DNA from: an uncultured virus (IMG/VR IMGVR_UViG_3300042564_004560)
Lineage: Duplodnaviria > Heunggongvirae > Uroviricota > Caudoviricetes
Reading direction: 5' to 3' (one strand)
DNA length: 64,000 bases
Virus record (IMG/VR): IMGVR_UViG_3300042564_004560
The notes under the pieces were generated by a model. That model was not told the origin of the DNA. It searched no databases and saw only the letters and a program-made list of their open reading frames with translations. Positions 48,490 through 56,226 of this stretch are shown here, one piece after another. The translations under genes and the position numbers were made by a program. Positions within the stretch are counted from its first letter, which is position 1; the number at the start of each line of letters is the position of its first letter.

Positions 48490-50400
48490 ATGGCATGTAG
48501 TAAATATACTTTAACGAACACCGGTTCAACAATTGTGAACTTTAATTATAGAAGATGCGATGACTCTCTTTGGGAGTATCAAGTTGAATTGAACCCTAAC
48601 CAAACAAAAAACATTTGGTTAATTAATAATACATATTCAATATCTCCTGTTTATGTTAATTCGGTTTCTTTGTTTAATCAAGGTGCGTTTCCTCCTGTTG
48701 GTCAAACGGCAACGCCAACTCCAACTGCGACTCAAACCCCAACTATAACTCCAACTCAAACTCAAACTCCTACGCCGAGTACGACTGCGACTCAAACCCC
48801 AACTCAAACTGGAACACCAACTCAAACTCCTACTAATACGCAAACTCAAACTCAAACTCCTACTAACACCGAAACTCCAACTCAAACTCAAACCCCTACT
48901 AACACCGAAACTCCAACTCAAACTCCAACTCAAACACCAACCCAAACTCAAACACAAACTCCAACTAATACAGAAACCCCAACTCAAACTCAAACTCCAA
49001 CTAACACAGAAACTCCAACTCAAACACAAACACAAACAGTGACAGGAACGGCGAATGTAACTCCAACAGTAACTCCAACTCAAACTCAAACACCAACTTC
49101 ACCTCTTCAAGTATTTAACATATTTTCAGGAGACAGTTCAAATGAAGCTTGTAATTCTGGAATTTCAACAACACTATACGCATTTAATCCAACATTTGAT
49201 GCAAATACTCAATTCTATAATGACCCATCAGGAATTGTTACAATTGATTTAACAGGATTCTATAGTAACAATTCATCTGTTACTGAATTAAGTTCAGGTG
49301 GAACTCAACTAGGGTTCTATAGTCTTTGCTCATTATTACCAACTTCAACTCCAACAGCGACAACTACTCAAACACCTACAAATACACCAACACAAACAAC
49401 AACACCAACAGCAACATTTGGTTATTATACCTATAGTTTAGGTACGGGTAGCACAACAAATGAAGCATGTGCTGATTTTAGTTCAGCCCCTAATACAGTT
49501 TATGGAACAGTTGCGGGTGGAGTAGGACCAAATTTAGGTGAATACTTATACGTTAATACATCATTGACAACACCTGTTGCTGATGGTTATTACTCTAACG
49601 GTGTTGATTGGTATCAAGTATCAGGTGGAGCAGGACAAATTACTACAACAGACCCTAATGGATGTGTGGGATTAATTACTCCAACTCCAACATCAAGTAA
49701 TACTCCAACCCCTACAGAAACACCAACTAATACACCAACAGTAACAGAGACACCAACAGGAACACCAACCCAAACACCAACTAATACTGAAACTTCAACA
49801 CCAACTCCAACTCAAACACCAACTCCAACATCTCCTCTTTTCGCATTTAATGTGTTCTCAGGAAGTACTTCAAATACTGCATGTACGTCTGGAGTTGCAA
49901 TAACACTACACGGATTTAACGCATTGTTTGACGCAAATACTCAATTCTATAATAATTCAGACGGAACTGTTACGATTGATTTAGCAGGTTTCTTTAGTGA
50001 TGGAACATCTGTTACACAATTAAGTTCAGGTGGAGCTCAAATAGGTTCTTTCACACTTTGTTCAGTAGTACCGACAGTAACTCCAACAGTAACTCAAACT
50101 TCAACACCAACAATGACACCAACACAAACAACAACACCAACAGCTACATTTGGTTATTACACTTATAGTTTAGGTACAGGTACAACGGCAAATTTAGCAT
50201 GTATTGACTTTGGTTCCGCACCTAACACAATTTACGGAACAGTTGCAGGTGGTGTAGGTCCTAATGTTAGTGAATATTTATATGTTAATACTGCACTAAC
50301 AATCCCAGTAACGAATGGTTATTACTCTAACGGTGTAGCTTGGTATCAAGTAACAGGTGGTGCAGGACAAATTACCTCATCAGACCCTAACGGTTGTTAA
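48490..50400 (+). CDS. Mucin-like Thr/Pro-rich protein with duplicated Cys-bracketed domains
   Basis: ~130 aa TQTPT tract followed by an A-PT-B-PT-A'-PT-B' architecture. Confidence 0.7.
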   Translation: MACSKYTLTNTGSTIVNFNYRRCDDSLWEYQVELNPNQTKNIWLINNTYSISPVYVNSVSLFNQGAFPPVGQTATPTPTATQTPTITPTQTQTPTPSTTATQTPTQTGTPTQTPTNTQTQTQTPTNTETPTQTQTPTNTETPTQTPTQTPTQTQTQTPTNTETPTQTQTPTNTETPTQTQTQTVTGTANVTPTVTPTQTQTPTSPLQVFNIFSGDSSNEACNSGISTTLYAFNPTFDANTQFYNDPSGIVTIDLTGFYSNNSSVTELSSGGTQLGFYSLCSLLPTSTPTATTTQTPTNTPTQTTTPTATFGYYTYSLGTGSTTNEACADFSSAPNTVYGTVAGGVGPNLGEYLYVNTSLTTPVADGYYSNGVDWYQVSGGAGQITTTDPNGCVGLITPTPTSSNTPTPTETPTNTPTVTETPTGTPTQTPTNTETSTPTPTQTPTPTSPLFAFNVFSGSTSNTACTSGVAITLHGFNALFDANTQFYNNSDGTVTIDLAGFFSDGTSVTQLSSGGAQIGSFTLCSVVPTVTPTVTQTSTPTMTPTQTTTPTATFGYYTYSLGTGTTANLACIDFGSAPNTIYGTVAGGVGPNVSEYLYVNTALTIPVTNGYYSNGVAWYQVTGGAGQITSSDPNGC

Positions 50401-50431
50401 TAATTTAAAATAAAAATAAAATATATTATTC

Positions 50432-50461
50432 AAAACCCTCGACATTCTCGGGGGTTTTTTT
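50432..50461 (+). terminator. Intrinsic terminator
   Basis: AAAACCCTCGA-CATTC-TCGGGGGTTTTTTT. Confidence 0.82.
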
Positions 50462-50486
50462 ATGTTTATCATAAAATATACAATAT

Positions 50487-51752
50487 ATGAAAATTTTTAT
50501 TCAGATTGCGTCCTATCGAGACCCACAATTAGTACCAACTATTAAAGATATGTTGGCAAACGCCAAAAGACCCAAAAATTTAGTGTTGTCAATTGCAAGA
50601 CAATTTGCTGAAGAAGACGGGTTTGATAACTTAGATGAATATAGAGATGATAAGAGATTTAAAATCTTAGATATCCCATATCAAGAAGCCAAAGGAGTTT
50701 GTTGGGCAAGAAACTTAACTCAACAACTTTATGACGGTGAAACATATACCTTACAAATTGATTCTCATATGAGATTTGTTAAGGATTGGGATGATATCCT
50801 AATCAAAATGATTAAGGGTCTACAAAAAGATGGTTATAAGAAGCCTCTACTTACGGGTTATGTACCATCTTTTGACCCTGAAAATGACCCAGCAGGAAGG
50901 TCTCAAGAAGCTTGGAGAATGGTGTTTGATAGATTTATTCCTGAAGGAGCAGTATTCTTCTTACCTGAAACAATTCCAGGTTGGAAAGAAATGAAAAAAC
51001 CTGTTACCGCAAGATTCTATTCTGCCCACTTCTGTTTTACATTAGGAGAATTTTCAAAAGAAGTTCAACACAACCCTGAATATTATTTCCACGGAGAAGA
51101 GATTTCAATTGCTGCTAGAGCTTACACTTGGGGTTATGATTTATTCCATACTCACATACCTGTTGTTTACCACGAATACACTCGTAAAGGTAGAACAAAA
51201 CAATGGGACGATGATAAAACTTGGGGTGATAAAAACAAACATTCTCACCATACAAATAGAAAACTATTTGGAATGGATGGTGAAAAACAAGAAGGACATG
51301 ATGGACCTTACGGATTTGGAACTGTTAGGACTTTAAAAGATTATGAAAAATATTCAGGTCTTTTATTTGAAAAGAGAGCAATTGACAAATATACTTTAGA
51401 TAAAAATTATCCACCAAACCCATATAACTTTGAAACAGAACAAGAATGGAAAGATAGTTTCTGTATGGTGTTTAAACATTGTATTGATATTGGATATTCT
51501 CAAGTTACTGAAACTGATTATGACTTTTGGGTTGTTGCGTTCCACGGTAAAGAAGATAAAACATTATTTAGAAAAGATGCCGATAAGAATGAAATTGCAG
51601 GATTTATGAGAGACCCTGATAAATATTGTAAAGTTTGGAGAGATTTTCAAACAGACGAATTACCAGAATACTGGGTTGTGTGGCCACACTCAGAATCAAA
51701 AGGGTGGTGTGATAGAATTACAGGTCAATTAAACCACAATGTTGTAAGTTAA
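50487..51752 (+). CDS. GT60-like polypeptide alpha-N-acetylglucosaminyltransferase (Skp1/mucin GlcNAc-T family)
   Basis: IFIQIASYRDP, GVCWAR, LQIDSHMRF..WD, YFHGEEISIAARAYTWGYD. Confidence 0.82.
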   Translation: MKIFIQIASYRDPQLVPTIKDMLANAKRPKNLVLSIARQFAEEDGFDNLDEYRDDKRFKILDIPYQEAKGVCWARNLTQQLYDGETYTLQIDSHMRFVKDWDDILIKMIKGLQKDGYKKPLLTGYVPSFDPENDPAGRSQEAWRMVFDRFIPEGAVFFLPETIPGWKEMKKPVTARFYSAHFCFTLGEFSKEVQHNPEYYFHGEEISIAARAYTWGYDLFHTHIPVVYHEYTRKGRTKQWDDDKTWGDKNKHSHHTNRKLFGMDGEKQEGHDGPYGFGTVRTLKDYEKYSGLLFEKRAIDKYTLDKNYPPNPYNFETEQEWKDSFCMVFKHCIDIGYSQVTETDYDFWVVAFHGKEDKTLFRKDADKNEIAGFMRDPDKYCKVWRDFQTDELPEYWVVWPHSESKGWCDRITGQLNHNVVS

Positions 51753-52486
51753 TGAATATTACCGATATACCTAAATTTATTGTTAATTTAGAAAGAAGAC
51801 CTGACCGATTAGAACACATCAAAAAAGAGATGGAATATATCGGTTGGGATTATGAAATATTTAAAGCAGTTGATTTAAATAATCATGGGGGGTGTACATT
51901 ATCCCATGTAGAAATATTAAAAATTGCTAAAGAAAGAGGTTATGAATCAGTAATGGTTATTGAGGATGATTGTACATTCTTACCATATTCAAAAGATTTG
52001 ATAAATAAAATTGAAACTGAAACAGGTGAATTTGAATTTGGGATTATTAATCTTGCTCCCACTTTAAATAGACCTGTAAATCGTAGTGAGGAATTACCGT
52101 TATTTTTAGACATAACAAATCTTCCACCAAAAAAAGAACACGAACGAGGGATATTTGCAACTAATATGATATTATATCATAAGTCAATTTATGATAATGT
52201 TATTGAAATGGAGAAACCTGAAATTTTAGGGTATTATGCTATTGATGATTATATCTATCAATTTATTTTACCAATCAAACAAAGTTATTCTCCAATATTA
52301 CCAATCGCCCCTCAAATGAGTAGTTGGTCCGATGTATCTCAGGGTCAGTATAATAATTTTTATACTCAAACTTATAATTGGAATGGGTATAGTCCTTGTA
52401 AAATACCTTCGGAATATTTAAACGGAACATTAACACAAGATTTAAAAAACAATAAAGAACACAAACAATTTACATATGTCAGTTAA
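51752..52486 (+). CDS. Glycosyltransferase family 25
   Basis: VNLERRPDRL, GCTLSH, VIEDDC. Confidence 0.82.
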   Translation: MNITDIPKFIVNLERRPDRLEHIKKEMEYIGWDYEIFKAVDLNNHGGCTLSHVEILKIAKERGYESVMVIEDDCTFLPYSKDLINKIETETGEFEFGIINLAPTLNRPVNRSEELPLFLDITNLPPKKEHERGIFATNMILYHKSIYDNVIEMEKPEILGYYAIDDYIYQFILPIKQSYSPILPIAPQMSSWSDVSQGQYNNFYTQTYNWNGYSPCKIPSEYLNGTLTQDLKNNKEHKQFTYVS

Positions 52487-53363
52487 AGTTAAATTTATTA
52501 CATCAATTTATAGTGATTTATATGGTACAGAATTTGGAGGTAGAATGAGTAGGGGAGGGCACTATAGTTATAGTTTACTTTCTTTATTAAAAATGACCGA
52601 CGCAGATTTTTTATGCTATACCTCAGATAGAGAAATAGAACCATTAAAACAATTTTTTTATGAGACCCATTCAATATCTCCTGAAAAATTAAAATTTGAA
52701 ATTTTTGATATTTCAAAAACAAAATTCCAACATTTAATTGAAGAATATAAAGATGTTGAAATGACTAAAAGGTCTGATAGATGTGTTGAAATTCAATACT
52801 CTAAATTTCATTGGTGGTGGAACGAAGATAAGTCCTACGATTATTATTATTGGATTGACGCAGGATTATCTCATTGTGGGTTAGTACCTAACAAATATTT
52901 AAGTGGAACTCATCCTGAACAAAGATATTATGAATGTAGTTTATTTAATAATGATTTCTTACATAATATGATTGAAGATACTGGTGATAAATTCTTAATT
53001 ATTGGTAAAGATAACGATAGAAACTTTTGGTCTCAAACTTTAGACCCAAAATGGTACACAGAGTATGATAGGTCTCTTCATATTATAGGAGGATTGTTTG
53101 GTGGCCATAGAGATAAATGGGATAAAATAGTTAATATGTTTGAAGACTATGCGGAAAAAACTATTGTTGATGCAAAAAATTTACATCACGAAGAACCAAT
53201 TATGACTTTGATGTATTTTAACCATAAAGAATTATTTGAAAGAAAACATTTTGATATTTGGTGGTGTAGAGATAATGCACCCGCAGGAGTAACGGATGAA
53301 ATGTTTACATTAAACATAAGCTTTTTTAAAATTTTAGAAGAATTAAATAGAATATATGAGTAA
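52476..53363 (+). CDS. HtrL/YibB-like putative glycosyltransferase
   Basis: YYWIDAG, IIGGLFGG, HEEPIM; paralogous to N-terminal domain of next gene. Confidence 0.55.
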   Translation: MSVKVKFITSIYSDLYGTEFGGRMSRGGHYSYSLLSLLKMTDADFLCYTSDREIEPLKQFFYETHSISPEKLKFEIFDISKTKFQHLIEEYKDVEMTKRSDRCVEIQYSKFHWWWNEDKSYDYYYWIDAGLSHCGLVPNKYLSGTHPEQRYYECSLFNNDFLHNMIEDTGDKFLIIGKDNDRNFWSQTLDPKWYTEYDRSLHIIGGLFGGHRDKWDKIVNMFEDYAEKTIVDAKNLHHEEPIMTLMYFNHKELFERKHFDIWWCRDNAPAGVTDEMFTLNISFFKILEELNRIYE

Positions 53364-55029
53364 TATAACTTTAGTAACGGGTATTTGGGATATAGGTAGA
53401 GGAAACCTAACAGAGGGATGGAGTAGACCATTCCAACATTATTTAGACAAATTTGAAAAATTATTAGAGGTTGAAGAAAACCTTATAATTTTTGGTGATG
53501 AAGAATTAAGAGAATTTGTTTTCCAAAAAAGAAAACACGAAAATACACAGTTTATTGTTAGACCTTTAAGTTGGTTTACAGATTCAGAGTTTTTTCCTTT
53601 AATTCAAAACATTAGGACTAACCCTGAATGGTATAATCAAGTTGGTTGGTTATCAGAGTCAACTCAAGCAAAATTAGATAATTACAATCCTTTGGTGATG
53701 TCTAAAGTTTTTTTATTAAATGATGCCAGAATTATGGACCAATTTAATTCAGAATATATGTTTTGGATTGATGGTGGATTAACAAATACGGTACATCCAG
53801 GATATTTTACACATGATAAAGTTTTAGACAAGTTATCAAAATATGTTTCTAAATTTTCATTTGTTAGTTTTCCATACGATGCAGAGACTGAAATACACGG
53901 GTTTAATTACCCAAAATTAAATGAATATGCAGGAAACAAAGTAACTAAAGTTTCTCGAGGAGGATTTTTTGGTGGACCAACACATACAATCTCAGATATT
54001 AATGGGATATATTATGGGTTATTAAAATCTACATTACAAGAGGGGTATATGGGTACTGAAGAATCAATCTTTAGTATTATGTCATATAAACATTCTGATT
54101 TAATTAACTATTTTGAAATAGAATCAAATGGATTAATTGGTGGGTTTTTTGAAAGTTTAAAAAACGATGAACTTAAAGTAAAAAATGAAAATGGGACTAA
54201 AGAAATTAATTCATTGGACACAGGTAAAGTTGGATTATATGTCATTACCTTTAATAGTCCAAAACAATTTAGAACTCTTATTGATTCTATGTTGGCGTAT
54301 GACGGAGATTACATTTTAAAAACTAAAAAGTTTTTATTAGATAACTCTTCTGATTTATCAACTACTGAAGAATATTTGAAAATTTGTGAGGAATATGGGT
54401 TTGAACATATTAAGAAAGATAATTTAGGTATATGTGGAGGAAGACAATGGATTGCAGAACATTTTGAAGAAACAGATTTAGACTATTATTTGTTTTTTGA
54501 AGATGATATGTTTTTTTATCCAAATGAAGGTGCCGTTTGTAGAAATGGATTTAGCAGATATGTACCAAACTTATATTCAAAATCTTTAGAAATAATGAAA
54601 AAAGAAAACTTTGATTTCTTAAAGATGAATTATTCTGAGTTCTATGGTGATAATGGAACCCAATGGGCGTGGTACAATGTACCTCAATCAGTTAGAGATG
54701 AATTTTGGCCGGGTAAACCAAGACTTCCTGAGATGGGACTTGACCCTAATGCACCAAAAACCAAATTTAACTCGGTATTATCACACAAAAGTATTCCATA
54801 CGCTGTTGGTGAAGTTTACTATTGTAATTGGCCTCAAATTGTTAGTAGACCTGGTAATAAAAAAATGTTCTTGGATACAACATGGGCACACCCATTTGAA
54901 CAAACTTGGATGAGTCATATGTATCAATTGGTTAAAAAAGATGAATTGTATCCAGGTTTATTACTTATGACACCAACAGAGCATGATAGATTTGAACATT
55001 ATAGTAGAGAGTTGAGAAAAGAATCATAA
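53356..55029 (+). CDS. HtrL/YibB-like domain fused to GT-A glycosyltransferase domain
   Basis: TLVTGIWDIGR, FWIDGG, GGFFGG, GTEESIF; C-terminal FFEDD. Confidence 0.6.
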   Translation: MSNITLVTGIWDIGRGNLTEGWSRPFQHYLDKFEKLLEVEENLIIFGDEELREFVFQKRKHENTQFIVRPLSWFTDSEFFPLIQNIRTNPEWYNQVGWLSESTQAKLDNYNPLVMSKVFLLNDARIMDQFNSEYMFWIDGGLTNTVHPGYFTHDKVLDKLSKYVSKFSFVSFPYDAETEIHGFNYPKLNEYAGNKVTKVSRGGFFGGPTHTISDINGIYYGLLKSTLQEGYMGTEESIFSIMSYKHSDLINYFEIESNGLIGGFFESLKNDELKVKNENGTKEINSLDTGKVGLYVITFNSPKQFRTLIDSMLAYDGDYILKTKKFLLDNSSDLSTTEEYLKICEEYGFEHIKKDNLGICGGRQWIAEHFEETDLDYYLFFEDDMFFYPNEGAVCRNGFSRYVPNLYSKSLEIMKKENFDFLKMNYSEFYGDNGTQWAWYNVPQSVRDEFWPGKPRLPEMGLDPNAPKTKFNSVLSHKSIPYAVGEVYYCNWPQIVSRPGNKKMFLDTTWAHPFEQTWMSHMYQLVKKDELYPGLLLMTPTEHDRFEHYSRELRKES

Positions 55030-55034
55030 CAGTA

Positions 55035-55041
55035 TATTTAT
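55035..55041 (+). promoter_or_regulatory. Putative late promoter motif TATTTAT
   Basis: 4 nt before ATG 55046. Confidence 0.6.
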
Positions 55042-55045
55042 TGTT

Positions 55046-55423
55046 ATGGAATTTTATATTAAAAAGAATGCAACATTACCTGTGTTAAAAATGCAGGTAG
55101 TTAAAGATGGTAGGGCCGGTTACATGCAACTAATGCAAGACTTGGAGGTCTCTACTATTTTTTTTACTATGATTGAAGAGGAGACAGGTATTCCTAAAAT
55201 TGTCTCCGCTCCTGCTGAAATAGTTAATTTAATTTTACCTGAAGGTTCTGACCCCGAATATTATATCTATTTTAAATTTACAGAAAGAGATACAAATACA
55301 CCGGGTCGATATCAAGGACAATTTTTAATTAAAAACGACGAAGGAAATTTAATTCTTCCGATTAGAGAAGAACTTTATATTAATATCCAAGATAGTTTTA
55401 TTTCAGAAACTGCTTGTTGTTAA
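55046..55423 (+). CDS. BppU-N-like (baseplate upper protein-type) small structural protein
   Basis: FYIKKNATLP...DTNTPGRYQGQF pattern. Confidence 0.5.
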   Translation: MEFYIKKNATLPVLKMQVVKDGRAGYMQLMQDLEVSTIFFTMIEEETGIPKIVSAPAEIVNLILPEGSDPEYYIYFKFTERDTNTPGRYQGQFLIKNDEGNLILPIREELYINIQDSFISETACC

Positions 55424-55426
55424 CTT

Positions 55427-55912
55427 ATGAAACTAACTAATTTATTAACAAAGATAATTTTAGAGGAAGTAGGTACTACTATTCCTGTTACTAAATTTGT
55501 AACTGATGGTTATTTGATAACACTTAATGCCAGTAAACATCAGTGGAAAGATAGACAAGGAAGTAAATCTCTTGAAGATATTGTTGAAATATATGAGGAT
55601 AATTTTTTAAACAATCCTAAATTTTATGATAGAGTTGGCGTTCCAAACAGGTTAATTAAAAATGTATTTATTAATGATTTTTATATTATTAAAAAAAGGA
55701 TGTCAAATTTAAATAATCCCAAAAATTCAGTGGTTTTTATAAAAGAAGTTGGTGATGAATTAAATTTACCTCAATATATGAATTTTATTGAATTTTTGTT
55801 ATTCACGGAAGACTTAATAAACTATACAATAGTTACTTCCGTATTTTCAGAATATGGTGATTACCTAAAAACTTTTGGAAAAACTAAAAATAGTCCAAGA
55901 TTTATGTTGTAG
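55427..55912 (+). CDS. Hypothetical protein with MKLTNLLTKIILEE leader
   Basis: 161 aa, very AT-rich. Confidence 0.6.
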   Translation: MKLTNLLTKIILEEVGTTIPVTKFVTDGYLITLNASKHQWKDRQGSKSLEDIVEIYEDNFLNNPKFYDRVGVPNRLIKNVFINDFYIIKKRMSNLNNPKNSVVFIKEVGDELNLPQYMNFIEFLLFTEDLINYTIVTSVFSEYGDYLKTFGKTKNSPRFML

Positions 55913-55936
55913 GTTTAAAATAGTTTACTATCTTTG
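55906..55936 (+). promoter_or_regulatory. Bacteroidota-type promoter (GTTG-N19-TATCTTTG)
   Basis: Upstream of small ORF at 55974. Confidence 0.6.
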
Positions 55937-55973
55937 TACTCAATAACAACAACCCCTAACACCCACAGAAATC

Positions 55974-56087
55974 ATGACAACAGTAACTTTCACAATGCAA
56001 GAAATATGGGCAGCTTCAAGACCATCAATTCAAAAAAGTAAAAAAACTTACAATAGAAAACCAAAACACAACATCAACAAATATTAA
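55974..56087 (+). CDS. 37-aa basic ArfA-like small protein (not in ORF track)
   Basis: MTTVTFTMQEIWAASRPSIQKSKKTYNRKPKHNINKY; own promoter and terminator. Confidence 0.65.
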   Translation: MTTVTFTMQEIWAASRPSIQKSKKTYNRKPKHNINKY

Positions 56088-56093
56088 TGAATG

Positions 56094-56120
56094 ACCCAAC
56101 ATAAAAGTGTTGGGTTTTTT
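56094..56120 (+). terminator. Intrinsic terminator
   Basis: ACCCAACA-TAAAAG-TGTTGGGT-TTTTT. Confidence 0.85.
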
Positions 56121-56131
56121 AGTTAATAGAA

Positions 56132-56162
56132 TTTGACTAACCATTTTAATTTTCTATATTTG
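56132..56162 (+). promoter_or_regulatory. Bacteroidota sigma-A promoter TTTG-N19-TATATTTG
   Basis: Exact match to the -33/-7 consensus, upstream of DNA polymerase. Confidence 0.75.
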
Positions 56163-56226
56163 TATACAATGAGTAAGGTGAACTTCACAATGACGTGATT
56201 GCCAATAAACCACTCCTACACAAAAT

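Noticed and set aside
44307..49089. Antisense ORFs rich in Val/Gly or Ser/Leu/Trp (44307, 44953, 48637) and other short overlapping ORFs in the track
   Set aside because: Shadow frames of low-complexity PT repeats or of well-supported genes
49100..50400. Duplicated segment as a DGR template/variable repeat pair
   Set aside because: Differences are not adenine-specific, both copies lie in one ORF, and no reverse transcriptase is present in the window
56171..56219. Fluoride-riboswitch-like words (GGTGA..TTGCC..AAACC..ACTCCTAC) in the polB leader
   Set aside because: Lacks the GATG element and the GC..GCTRATG hairpin, and the gene context is unrelated; kept only as a generic structured leader
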